Under the pieces are notes generated by a model. It was not told the DNA's origin. It worked only from the letters and a program-made list of their open reading frames with translations, and made no database searches. Shown piece after piece: positions 1 through 10,913 of a stretch of 64,000 nt of DNA; position 1 is the first letter of the stretch, and each line of letters opens with the position of its first letter. Both the position numbers and the translations under genes were made by a program. Source of the DNA: Tubiluchus corallicola (lineage: Eukaryota; Animalia; Priapulida); contig JAQGDQ010000662.1 of NCBI GenBank assembly GCA_030141605.1, positions 52,881 to 116,880 of the forward strand. Reading direction: 5' to 3'.

Positions 1-2
1 AT

Positions 3-706
3 TCTTTAAAACACCAAGGAACTTTGCTGTGGAATTCATTATCAGACCAGTTAAAGTCAAGTAATTACAAAAAGTTAATTCTAAATTATAAAAAACAACT
101 TATTGCAGGATACAAATGAATGAGATATTTTACTTATGTACTTGTAATACCTATACATATTTTTTTCATTGTTACGACACTTTATGTTTTTGTTTAAGTT
201 TTTGGTATATTTTGATTTCATTTTGTCTGATTTACAGTTGATATAGTTTTCGATGGTTTAATTTATTATATTTTCTTTCTCGACACCTTTGGTTGATCAC
301 TGTTCTACTGTTTTTTTTGCCGTATTTTTTAGTTAATGCTCAAATTATGCATTTTCTGTTATGTTAAAAACTCTAAGTCATTTTTATTGTGTTTGCTTTG
401 CATGATTAACAGTGTTTTAGAATTGTAAATCTTTCGTTATTTAAATTATTATGTTCTACAGTATTATGATATCCATCATTTAACTGCCAATTATACACAT
501 CAACCGGATACAAATTTATATTGAGAACAATGGCATAATTAATTTTATTTAATCATAGCTATTTAAGGGTGGCTGACTAGATAACCTACGGGTTCTTCGC
601 TGCCCTTCTCCTTTGCTTCGAAATATTGCATGTAGTCCTGATACTGTATTTTGATCATTCTTGCGGAGTCAATAAATAAATTGAATTGAAATTGAATTGA
701 CTTGAA
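3..706 (+). mobile_element. 3' end of a CR1/L2-group LINE (ORF2 C-terminus 3..119, 3' UTR, stem-loop, (TTGAA)n tail)
   Basis: 3..119 translates SLKHQGTLLWNSLSDQLKSSNYKKLILNYKKQLIAGYK*, homologous to the ORF2 end of the element at 4585-8577 (TLKHNGTILWNTLSDDLKQ...). Same 3' hairpin at 565-607, then AATAAA and TTGAA repeats at about 671-706. Confidence 0.85.
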
Positions 707-1600
707 TAAGTCCGTAGATACAAAAGCCCGGAGGCACATAGATTCCTGCATCTGCATCCTGCATTTTGAACCACCCTTCCCTGAAAACTTTTGCAAAAGT
801 AACTGTGTATCAGTTCATGAGAGTTTTCAAAAGAACTCTGTATTTTTTTACAAAGAGTAAACTTAAAATCTTTAATTAACGGTTACTTTTTGAAAAATTA
901 TGGAGTTTCTATGAGTGTGCTCACTTAACACTTAATTCGTGACATTACAACAGTGCAACAGTTACAGTGTGGGTTGTTTATAGAAAGAGCTCTGCCATTG
1001 TGGATGAGAACAGCTTAGTTCCAAACTTTATTTCTAGAAATTTTTGCTAGAGAAGAACTATAGGCAATACTGCCTTTCTTACCTCATAAATTATATGTAA
1101 TCCTATTTGCTGCATAATAGCTTTTTTGTTGGCCTTTCATTTGTAAGTATATAGACCTTCTCGTCACTTAGCATCATTAAAGCAGAGGAAATAAGAGACT
1201 ATGTGCAATGTTTGTGAATTATTGATTATATGTGCCTAAAGTGGTTTTGTAATGCTTTCACTTTCAAATGTAGCCTGATTTTTGATACACGGCCCCAGTC
1301 AGAGTTTGCCGATAATTGCAGTTTCAGTTTCATTCCGTTTTCGTCGAAATTTAGAAAATTTCCTAGCCGAAACTTTAAAAGTAATTTTACGTATCATTAT
1401 TCCAATGTTTTAGTAGTATTTTCCAGTTTGCCCCTTCTTTTTTCATAAATAATAAAAACTGCTAAAAAATCTTGGCTAAAATAGCTTATATAAAACAAAA
1501 AAATCATGTAGTGTGTATGTTTTTATGGCAATGTGGTATGAATCTTTAGTGCTATCTGTAGATTATGAAGCTTTAAGGACTGGAGGCACAATCAACTGAA

Positions 1601-1674
1601 ATATTAAACCAGGGTTTTGCCTCCAATTACACTGCATTGAAAGTGTAATTGGAGGCAAAACCCTGGTTTAATAT
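1601..1674. repeat. Perfect palindrome, 33-bp arms and 8-nt loop
   Basis: ATATTAAACCAGGGTTTTGCCTCCAATTACACT-GCATTGAA-AGTGTAATTGGAGGCAAAACCCTGGTTTAATAT. Confidence 0.95.
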
Positions 1675-3016
1675 AATAATTCATGAAATATACTCGGCAA
1701 CAAAGCATTTACAAATAAATAAAGGTTTTTTGCTTGGTTGGTTTTTCAATTTTAATAGTAGCTGGTTTTGCAAAAATTATATTGATTCGGTTTTGTTTTG
1801 GTATTGGCTGCAGTTGTCGTATTCTGCAAACGTTTTACACGCTCTTGCCATTGTGCACTAGTTTTCTTTTTGTGTTCATCTAGATGACATTTCTAAATTT
1901 GGACTGCAGTTTTTTATATTTTGTACCAAATCCTTAAAGGTGCCAACTGGACAGTAACATTGCCAACTAGGTAACGTGGCGGCGTTACGTGTAGTTAATT
2001 ATTTGAACTACATGCACAGTTATGAGACTCACCTACAAATCTAATGCTTCACGTTCATTGCAAGCCCATTTTCTACTTTCCTCAAAAATTACCAGGTCAC
2101 AGTTTGCAGTAAATGGCTGTGAACAAGTTATTGTGTACTCAAAAGCACTTTAGCTTTAGCACTTTTTGCTCTACATTCTTCCAGTGATTCGTAGTTCTTT
2201 CACATACTGGTACCTCAGCTGTGCATTTATTTTTCAGTAAACAGAATGCCTTGTTTTATCCGCATATGTCGACATGGTGTGCATTCTATTTATCGTCATT
2301 TTCTCCACATGTCATATAGGCAGAATAAATGCATGCCGTTAAGTGTTCCATAATTTATGTAAATATCTGCTGAACCATACGACAATGTAGCTAAAATTGC
2401 CCAGCTAGAAATACATCCCACATCCTGAATTCAGTGAGATTTGACCTACAAGCTAGCCGTCTGTCTTTCTTATACATGTGCCTTCGCGGCTTTGTAAATC
2501 AGAGTCTCTTTTAACGTATTGCCTGGGTACCAAGTTTGGTACACAGTGAAGAAATCTTGGTACCCAGTGATGCTTAAATCAGACCAGTAGGTACCGAGAT
2601 ACATTGTTTCAAGGAAAAATAAATGTTGCCCCTTTCATTGGTATGTACTACTAGTGATCCTGGCCTGGCCCTGTAAGAAATGCAGTTGGTTTATGTTCAC
2701 TCCAGCATTGAAGAACTATAGGTTCCTAGTGGTTGTTCATCTGACACCTGGTGTGATGAACATGAATGGCTATACGGAACAGTACAGCTCATTACTGGCC
2801 ATATAGCGACATGCACACTCAGCATATGTCATGATGTGATGACTCATTAGCTGACTGGGCTGGCTAGAGCGCTCAGAATAGGCCAGAAATAGCTGTTTCT
2901 GAAAGAAAAATTCAAAATATTCCCCGAACCCTCCTCGCCAATCTGCGGAGAGAGAACCCCAGGGACCCTCTGGTACCCGGTCATTGTACCTTAAAAGAGG
3001 CTCTGTCGTAAATAAG

Positions 3017-3120
3017 CATCTATTTTAGCCTCTGTGAAGTGTTTTTCAGTGTGCGTCACAGATGGGCACATCTATTTTAACCTCCGTGAAGTGTTTTTTG
3101 ACGTGCGTCACCCATGGGCA
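3017..3120. repeat. Tandem duplication, 2 x about 52 bp
   Basis: CATCTATTTTA(G/A)CCTC(T/C)GTGAAGTGTTTTT...GTGCGTCAC..ATGGGCA twice. Confidence 0.8.
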
Positions 3121-4169
3121 CAAGTAACCAGCTGCTACTGTTCTCGCCATCAAAGTACGGCTGTGCTGCTTCAGTAAACTGGACAATTTAGGGAGTGCAT
3201 TTTTCCCTGGGCCATTCACAAGATCTGAGGCCTTTCAGTTGTGCACCCGTCTGTATCGCATCTGTCCAACATTATCAATTTTTCGTACAAATTATCCCAG
3301 CCAAGGTCGATGACCTTCCAAGTTGAAGAACAGTATGTACTGTTTAAAGTACTATTTCGCCTACTTGTCAAATCGTGCAAAAAAGTGTCTAGAGAACTTT
3401 AACACAATGGTACTGCCTCTGACAGACTATGAGCCTTGTCCTAGCTCTAATATTTCGTTTGAGTGTTTTAAGTTTTTGTGACTAACTTCTGTGTTTACAT
3501 CTTATTTATAAAAAAAATCTTGAATTAGCTGTTGTTTAAACACCAAGAAGTTTGTGTAAAATGGCTCAATTTTCAGTAGGCATTATGACGGGTCTTTTCC
3601 CGCAATGTTCAGCCCAGCTCGTATAAAACAACAGGCTTAGAATTCACATCCTGTATGAGCCACAATAGTCATAATCCAAAGTAAATTATTTGTAGCTGTG
3701 TTATATTTCCCTGTATAGATTTGGGTTGACCCCCAGTCATTACATAATGCCAAAATGTGATAAATTCTCATGAATGTTGAAGTAGCTTGATGTTTGAATT
3801 GTTTTATTTAAACGCGACGCGTCTGCAACATTGAAAATGAATAGCTCTATATATTAATCTACTGGCAGATGCTAAATGTCATTGATTCATATCACTGTTA
3901 GCTTATTAATGCCACCAACATGGTTGTGTTTAAGTTGACTCTTGAGTTGTTACTAAGTTTTTTATTGATCTATTTTTCTCTCTTGGAGACGTGCATGTGC
4001 TGTATGGTGTATTTAGTATAACAGCATATCTTGTGCATAGAGTTTCACACTGAATGGATATGAATCCCGAGCTTTAAGATGCACTAATGTTTCTAAGGCG
4101 GTATTTAGATTGTGTGCTGTTGTTCATGCCTGCTGGGAATTGGGATGTAGGTTTTTTTAGTACTTTCTT

Positions 4170-4440
4170 TGATGTTGTTGTTGTCGTTGTCACTGTTGTT
4201 GTTGTTGTTGTTGTTGTTACTGTTACTGTTGTTGTTGTCGCTGTTGCTGTTGCCTTTGCTGTCACTCTTGCTGTCACTGTCCTTGATGTTGCTGTTGTTG
4301 TAACACTGTTCTTGCCTGGTGTGAAATGGGATATAGGTTTCTCAGTACTTTCTTTGATTTTGTTGTTGTTGTTGCTGCTGCTGCTGTGTTGTTACTGTTA
4401 TGGTTGTTGCTGCTGTCGTCGTCACTGCCGCTTTTGCTGA
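4170..4440. repeat. Degenerate (GTT/GCT)n microsatellite
   Basis: Runs of GTT, GTC, GCT, ACT triplets; source of the spurious poly-V/poly-T ORFs. Confidence 0.9.
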
Positions 4441-4584
4441 TTGTCACGATGCGATTACTAAAAGGATAAACAAATTACATGACATTGATTCCAGTGAGGC
4501 ACAGTATGCATTGAGGCAGTCAGCAAACTGGTCAGCTAAAGCATAACAGTCTTTGCTGATTGGGTGGATCTTGTACACAGTACA

Positions 4585-4746
4585 ATACGTAGACGTGTAT
4601 TACTTAACAAATGTCTCGAACTAAAAAGAAACAAAGTAATCTTGTATGTTTGGACTAAAAATGGCCAGATTTTCATCAGGAAAACTGAATCATCTGAACC
4701 CTTCCCTGTAAACAATTTTGATGATGTAGATAAATTAAAACACTAA
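4585..4746 (+). pseudogene. LINE ORF1 C-terminal remnant
   Basis: IRRRVLLNKCLELKRNKVILYVWTKNGQIFIRKTESSEPFPVNNFDDVDKLKH*; the WTxNGxIFxRK pattern is typical of CR1/L2-group ORF1 C-termini, and it lies directly upstream of ORF2. Confidence 0.75.
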
Positions 4747-4762
4747 TCCCTTCTTCACTCGT

Positions 4763-6127
4763 TTGAATCAATTTCTCATTGTAATGGTTAGCTTTAATTG
4801 TACTAAGTGTAATAAAACTTGCAAAGCAAATCAAAACTCAATTCAATGTGATGTGTGTTCCCTCTGGACACATCTAAAGTGTACAAAGTTGTCTCATCAT
4901 GAATTTGTAAATTTAGCAAATTCTAATGACAGTTACTTCTGCCAGCAATGCATTAATGATGTGCTTCCTTTGCAGTTCATTGATGATGATGAATTTATGG
5001 AAATGACTAATCACTATCAATTTTCTAATTTTGTAAAAGATTTATCTTGCTTTTCATCAATTTATGACTCTTCTTCGCTAGTCCACTGTAATAGAGATGA
5101 TACAGACATCGACAATTATAGACTTCAGTATGACAGCAAATACATTAATCTTGCAAATCTGAGTAGTGATAAATCCACAGATAAAGCAAACAATGACACA
5201 TTTATAATACACTTTAACACATCAAGTTTGAGGAAATACTATTCAGACATGACTGATACATTAACACAATTTCAAAAAATGCCTGAGTTAATAGCGATCT
5301 CGGAAACCAGAATTCACGAATCTGACACTTTTTTATGTAACATTCCAGGATATTCTTTCTTACACTATGATTCCAATACAGCTGCTGGTGGCGTAGGTGT
5401 GTATGTAAAATCTAGTCTCAATTTTAAAATTAAACCTGAATACAAAATAAGAACTTGTAAAAATGTTATTGTTAATGGGATTAGTACAACTAGTAGACTA
5501 GCACTTGAGGACCTGTGGCTCGAAATTGCTTCCACCGATAACAAAAAATCTTTCATATTTGGAGTAATATATAGGCATCCAAACACCCCAGTCGAACATT
5601 TTCATGACGAATTAGAATCAGTTCTTTGCACTATCAACTCCACAGGCAAACCAGCTTATATATGTGGAGACATTAATATAGATTTATATCAACATGATAA
5701 CAAGCCATTTATTAATAAGTATCTCAACATGCTCTTCTCAAATCAATTTACACCAATTATCACGCGACCAACTAGAATTACTCCAACGTCACACACCTTA
5801 ATTGATCATATTTATACTAATAATCTTTCTACACCCATCACATCTGGCATCATTACTAACCCCATTGCGGACCACTTGCCAATATTTGCCATTATAAGAA
5901 ATACTAATCTCCTGCACAACAAGATTAAAAAATCAGTCAGATGTACGAGATCATTCAATCAAGGTAACTTTTTAAGCGAGCTTCAAGTTAATATAAGTAA
6001 CCTAACACTGAATGATGGCGAAGCAGACATACACTCTTACTGCTCACAATTCATGGACTCGTTTAAAACATTACTTGATAAACATGCCCCACTCAAAACG
6101 TTATCAAGGAAAAACTCAAAACTATAG
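4763..6127 (+). CDS. LINE ORF2 N-terminal part: PHD finger + apurinic-type endonuclease (frameshifted)
   Basis: C4HC3 pattern CTKC...CDVCSLWTHLKC...CQQC; APE motifs HFN, ISET, GGVGVYV, IYRHP, GDINID, TLIDHIY, ADHLPI. Likely ATG at 4784. Confidence 0.9.
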   Translation: MNQFLIVMVSFNCTKCNKTCKANQNSIQCDVCSLWTHLKCTKLSHHEFVNLANSNDSYFCQQCINDVLPLQFIDDDEFMEMTNHYQFSNFVKDLSCFSSIYDSSSLVHCNRDDTDIDNYRLQYDSKYINLANLSSDKSTDKANNDTFIIHFNTSSLRKYYSDMTDTLTQFQKMPELIAISETRIHESDTFLCNIPGYSFLHYDSNTAAGGVGVYVKSSLNFKIKPEYKIRTCKNVIVNGISTTSRLALEDLWLEIASTDNKKSFIFGVIYRHPNTPVEHFHDELESVLCTINSTGKPAYICGDINIDLYQHDNKPFINKYLNMLFSNQFTPIITRPTRITPTSHTLIDHIYTNNLSTPITSGIITNPIADHLPIFAIIRNTNLLHNKIKKSVRCTRSFNQGNFLSELQVNISNLTLNDGEADIHSYCSQFMDSFKTLLDKHAPLKTLSRKNSKL

Positions 6128-8103
6128 CTAAACCATGGATCACTCCCGGCATTCTTAATTCTATTAAAACAAGAAGCCGTATGTATACAACACACAAGTT
6201 ATCCAACTCGCTGTATAAGCAAAATTTATATAAAACATATTCTAACAAACTTAATCACATCAAACATGCATCCAAAAAGAAGTATTACTCCCAGATCTTG
6301 GTTGCAAACAAAAATAACATGAAACAAACTTGGAGCACTATCAATGAACTTCTCAAAATTAAAAAAAGGACAGCTAGTATAATGCCAACTAAAGTTCGTT
6401 ACCAAGGCACAACCTCGTGTGACCCGCACCATAAAGCTAATGCTTTTAACAGTTTTTTTGCAAACATTGGTATATCACTGGCATCACGCATAACACAACC
6501 CGAAAACTGTAAGTATACAGACTATTTAATGCATCCCCAAGAAAATTCTTTCTATATCACACCAGTTAGCGAAATCGAGATTTCCCAAGCTATTGATAGA
6601 CTAGATCCCAATAAAGCAAAAGGCCCTTATGACATCCCAATTACATATTTTAAAATGTCTAAAAACATAATTTTAGCTCCGCTTACAAATCTGTTTAATG
6701 CGTCAATTCTGACTGGGACATTCCCCGACACTTTAAAACTGGCAAAAGTAATCCCCATATATAAAAAAGATGATCCAAATGAGCTGAACAACTACCGACC
6801 TATCTCACTCATATCACCCATTGCCAAAATTTTTGAGTCAATTTTATATAAACGCCTGATGACATATTTAATCAAAAATGATACAATATCATGTTTTCAA
6901 TTCGGTTTCCGCAAAAATCATTCCACAATATTAGCAACTGCTGAAATCATAGACAATCTTCTGACAAACCTAGACAATAAATTACTTACCTGCGGCATTT
7001 TTCTTGATTTAACAAAAGCTTTTGACACCGTTCAACACGACATTTTACTCAACAAAATGGACTATTATGGTATCCGTGGAATCACGCAAAAACTATTCCA
7101 GTCATATCTTACAAACAGACACCAGTTTACGGTTGTTGACAATTTTGCCTCTGACCGATGCTCAATTCAGTGTGGTGTACCTCAAGGAACCACCTTGGGT
7201 CCACTTCTTTTCCTGATATATATAAATGACCTCCCTCTTTGTACTAACATGCAAGCACGACTTTTTGCTGATGACACTAACCTCTTCTTAGCAGACAAAG
7301 ATACGCAAAATCTTGAGCTTAGAAGTAATGAAGAATTGATCAAAATTAACACATGGATGCGTACAAATAAGTTAACAGTAAACTATAATAAAACAAAATT
7401 TATGATCATAAGAAATAAATTTGAAAACAATGAAAACTCCATTATAACAGTATCCATGCAAGACTGTTTATTAGAACAAGTATCAGACATAAAATATCTG
7501 GGCGTCTACATAGATGACACCCTTAATTGGTCAACACACATAAAAAATATTACCTACAAAGTAAGCAAAGTTACAGGTATATTTTTTAAATTGAGGCATT
7601 ACTTGAGCACGGATATACTAAAAATGATTTACTTTGCCATTGTGTACCCACACATTAACTATTGTATCTTATCGTGGGGCACAGCAAAAAAATCTGTTTT
7701 GAAACCTCTTACATCAGCACATAACAAAATTATCAAAACAATGACTTTTGCTGGGTTCCGAGATCATGCTACCCCTTCCTATTATGCTTTGCAATTATTA
7801 AAAATTAATGAAATTTATAAGCTTGAGTTAGCGAAATTCATGTTCAAGTATAAAAAGTGCATTCTACCTAAATTATATGGCAATTATTTCAAAAAGATTA
7901 GTGACGTTCACCAGTATTCTACGAGAGCAGCTACCAAACAAAACTATTTTCAGGAAAGATTTAACACAACAAAAGGTCTACAAACTTTAAAACATAATGG
8001 TACAATTCTATGGAATACTCTTTCAGATGATCTTAAGCAATCGACTAGTATCTATCAGTTAAGTAAATTATATAAATGTCAACTCTTGCAAACTTATTAT
8101 TGA
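6109..8103 (+). CDS. LINE ORF2 C-terminal part: reverse transcriptase
   Basis: KPWIT, KAKGPYDI, VIPIYKK, NYRPISL, QFGFR, FLDLTKAFD, GVPQGTTLGPLLFLIYINDL, FADD, KYLG; frame is -1 relative to the APE part. Confidence 0.95.
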   Translation, partial: EKLKTIAKPWITPGILNSIKTRSRMYTTHKLSNSLYKQNLYKTYSNKLNHIKHASKKKYYSQILVANKNNMKQTWSTINELLKIKKRTASIMPTKVRYQGTTSCDPHHKANAFNSFFANIGISLASRITQPENCKYTDYLMHPQENSFYITPVSEIEISQAIDRLDPNKAKGPYDIPITYFKMSKNIILAPLTNLFNASILTGTFPDTLKLAKVIPIYKKDDPNELNNYRPISLISPIAKIFESILYKRLMTYLIKNDTISCFQFGFRKNHSTILATAEIIDNLLTNLDNKLLTCGIFLDLTKAFDTVQHDILLNKMDYYGIRGITQKLFQSYLTNRHQFTVVDNFASDRCSIQCGVPQGTTLGPLLFLIYINDLPLCTNMQARLFADDTNLFLADKDTQNLELRSNEELIKINTWMRTNKLTVNYNKTKFMIIRNKFENNENSIITVSMQDCLLEQVSDIKYLGVYIDDTLNWSTHIKNITYKVSKVTGIFFKLRHYLSTDILKMIYFAIVYPHINYCILSWGTAKKSVLKPLTSAHNKIIKTMTFAGFRDHATPSYYALQLLKINEIYKLELAKFMFKYKKCILPKLYGNYFKKISDVHQYSTRAATKQNYFQERFNTTKGLQTLKHNGTILWNTLSDDLKQSTSIYQLSKLYKCQLLQTYY

Positions 8104-8727
8104 GATAAGCGTACAGTATTTTGCCTATCTATCTGCCTCTTCATTTTACATCAGATCATCAAAACTCGCTCTGTATTTATTTATTTTTTTTTACATTATG
8201 CTTGTGTTATAAAGTAAATTTCAGTTACCATTGTTATTATGTTTCTGATGTCAGATTTTTATTTCAGTCCTTATTTCAGTTATGTTCAGTTTGATTTTTT
8301 TTTATTATTATTACTGTGTATGAATTGTACTAACACATTATAAGCATATCATTATCAATTTTATGTCATTCGTAACACTTTATTTATTATAAGCAGTACT
8401 AACACTAATACACTAGCATAGCGCCTATAAAAAATGTTCATCACTAACCAAAGGGCAGCTGACTAGATGACCAATTGGTCTTTCGCTGCCCTTTCTTCAC
8501 ATTTTTGTTGCTAAATTAATTGTATTGTAACTGTGCGTGTGTTAAAAGATAAATAAAAGATTATTATTATTATTATTAGTACAGTGTTAGCGTTATATTT
8601 TTAAGCTCAGCAACTTATTTTATAAATCACTAGCAGTTTATGCACAAGAGAACACTTAATTCATGAAAAATTTGGGTATCTGCTGATATTTAACCAGCAC
8701 TCATTGATGCCACCTAGTAATACTGTT

Positions 8728-8790
8728 GTGGCAGGGTTGGAACCTAGCCCGTTAGAGTCTTCTAAGATCAAGCACTAAACCAGCAGAGCC
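8728..8790 (-). mobile_element. Degenerate tRNA-derived SINE-like head
   Basis: Minus strand GGCTCTGCTGGTTTAG...GGTTCCAACCCTGCCA with Pol III A-box/B-box-like spacing; no intact cloverleaf. Confidence 0.4.
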
Positions 8791-9780
8791 TTAATAGCCT
8801 CATTCATACGTTTTTCCTGACTGCAAGGAAGTATGTTGAATAACGAGATAAAATACCTTATTTTTTTTTAATTGAAGTGAGGAATAAGTAACCTTTAATT
8901 GCATGTTTACAACAGGTAAAGCAACAAATTTCGAAAGGTACCAACAATACTTAGAAATAAAATCTTGCTGAATTAAGTTTTAACCTTCATGATGTGTTTA
9001 TCCAGTAATTCCACTCAGGGGGAGGTATCTTCAGTCTCAACAAAGCTAATTCATTGTACAAACTTTGTAAAGCATGGATACGTGTATATATACATTTACT
9101 GAGATACATAGCTGAAATATAAACTGCATAACCGTGATCTAGACTCCATGTAATTGCAATAAGCAGCATTACGATGTTGGAAAAATGATTAATGGTTGTT
9201 ATTCTTTATTGCTACTATAAATATTGCCTCTGGGCATTTTTGTTTATTAATGTTATAAAATAAACTATTTCAATCCCAGTTTATTACCAACAGTTTATTC
9301 TATAATGGCTTGTGGTTATTTGATGTATGCTTGCAATACGAACACTTAAAATGTTGCTGCTAGAAAACTTATTTTCTTTTAACTTTGTGCCCATTTGCAA
9401 AATTTTTCTGCATGTGTACTGAGAGGTGAAGTATATAGCTGAGTGGTCATAGTATTGCACTTGGTGACGCAAGTAAAAGTTTATGAATGGTGCTGAGGAC
9501 GGTCAATTACTGGATGGGTGAAGTGGTTCGTACTCGCTCTGGACGGTTTATTCGCCATGCTGATTCTAGTTGTTAACTTCATAGAGAGACAATGTTCATA
9601 CATTCGAATATGGCTGAGACACTTCTTATGGTTCAGTGGCTCATCTTAGATACATTCTTGATATTAAGCCCGGTTCCTGTCTTGCCCTAAACATCGGTGT
9701 TGAGTAAGCTCTGCCAATAAATGCTGGATTCCGGTCGAATTGTATCAAAGATATTTAGAAATATATTTTCATAGAAATTC

Positions 9781-9992
9781 TTAAAGGACAAGAAAACACT
9801 CTTCATAAATCAGTCTTAAAAAATTCATCTTGATGCATTCGTCTTATTGCAAAAATTCGTCTTATTGCACACAGATTTTATATGAACAGTGGTATAAAAC
9901 TTGCATAAAATTGTCAATTTAATATCTTGCCATGACCGTTAGGTGCAGCCATTTTAATGGTAAATCATTTAAACCAGTTTAAATAACATTTA
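9781..9992 (+). mobile_element. Left-end fragment of a TTAA-flanked (Kolobok-like) non-autonomous DNA transposon family
   Basis: TTAA-AGGACAAGAAAA resembles the reverse complement of the family right end (TTTTCTTCCCCT-TTAA); internal ATGACCGTTAGGTGCAGCCATTTTAA is shared with the 43693 copy and ATGACCGTTAGGT with the 54670 copy. Confidence 0.55.
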
Positions 9993-9999
9993 AGTCTCT

Positions 10000-10684
10000 T
10001 CTACTTTTTCTAGATTGGGTTGGAAGATATCTGATTTAAAAAAAAGTCGAAAAATAGAATTTTTGGCAAAACGTTGACATCGTCTTCTTCTCATCTGATG
10101 CAATTTGATTGGACACGTTATTTTTGAAGCCAACAAAATTCTTACACAAAGCCAGCGATTAAGCATCGTATTTCAAATCAGCAACCTTTCATCTGAAACC
10201 GTGACAAAAGCGTCATCGCTAAACTTGGCAATCTCTCATTTCAATCCTTAACTGAAATCACCGTCAAATCTTGAGATTGGATACATCTAGAGCTTACGCG
10301 GTTTTGGAAAGTTTTTCGTACCATTACTGGTTCTGCTTCTGTGAGCCAGTGATAGTGTCCTCTCGACGATCTTGTGCTGAAATTTGTCATCAGCTGTTTG
10401 CATTCCTACATCAATGGTGGAATTTTTCTAAGATCATATAAACTACACGATCTCACGCTGCCCGATCTGCTGGAATTCGTTGTTTCGTATCAGTAATTCG
10501 TTTTATGCCTACGGTCAGCAGCATCTATTGAGTTGCTGTGAATCTGTGGTAGATTTTTGCATAATGCAGGCAGCGATATTAGTGTCCAAATAGAAGTTCA
10601 GTATCCATATATGGCTATTTAACAGCTGCGACTGGAATTTTACCTGTTCATTAAGTGATTTCGCACCGCTACCTCCAATCAATC
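10000..10684 (+). promoter_or_regulatory. Candidate PACSIN promoter / 5' leader
   Basis: Three reverse CCAAT boxes (ATTGG at 10014, 10108, 10276) and more CpG than the flanks, upstream of the ATG; TSS cannot be determined. Confidence 0.3.
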
Positions 10685-10913
10685 ATGTCGTCTAACGCGT
10701 CTAAGGAGACCCTCCAGGACGACGTCTTGGTCGTCGATTCGGGCTCGTTCTGGGAACCTGGTCAGTATCGTCGGACAGTAAGACGAGTGGACGACGGCTA
10801 CTCTATGTGCAAAGAATTGGTGAACATGATTAGAGATAGGTGTGAGATTGAGGCAAAGTATGCTCAGGCCCTCAAGAAGCATGCAGAGGACTGGCATAAG
10901 AAGATAGAACATA
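10685..10913 (+). CDS. PACSIN: PACSIN coding exon 1 (FCH start)
   Basis: MSSNAS...[18 protein letters not shown]...WHKKIEH; donor A|GTAAGT. Confidence 0.93.

Larger units (their letters stand above)
4585..8577 (+). mobile_element. 5'-truncated non-LTR retrotransposon, CR1/L2 (Crack-like) group
   Basis: ORF1 C-terminal remnant (VWTKNGQIFIRK), PHD-APE-RT ORF2, 3' UTR with stem-loop 8450-8494, AATAAA and (TTA)n tail ending at about 8577. Candidate 6-bp TSD AGTACA at 4579-4584 and 8578-8583. Confidence 0.93.

Noticed and set aside
4074-4440. Poly-Thr / poly-Val ORFs (mucin- or membrane-like)
   Set aside because: (GTT)n microsatellite translation.
6109-6115. Programmed -1 frameshift between APE and RT
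   Set aside because: G-AAA-AAC is not a canonical X-XXY-YYZ heptamer and LINE ORF2 is normally continuous; a single deletion explains it.
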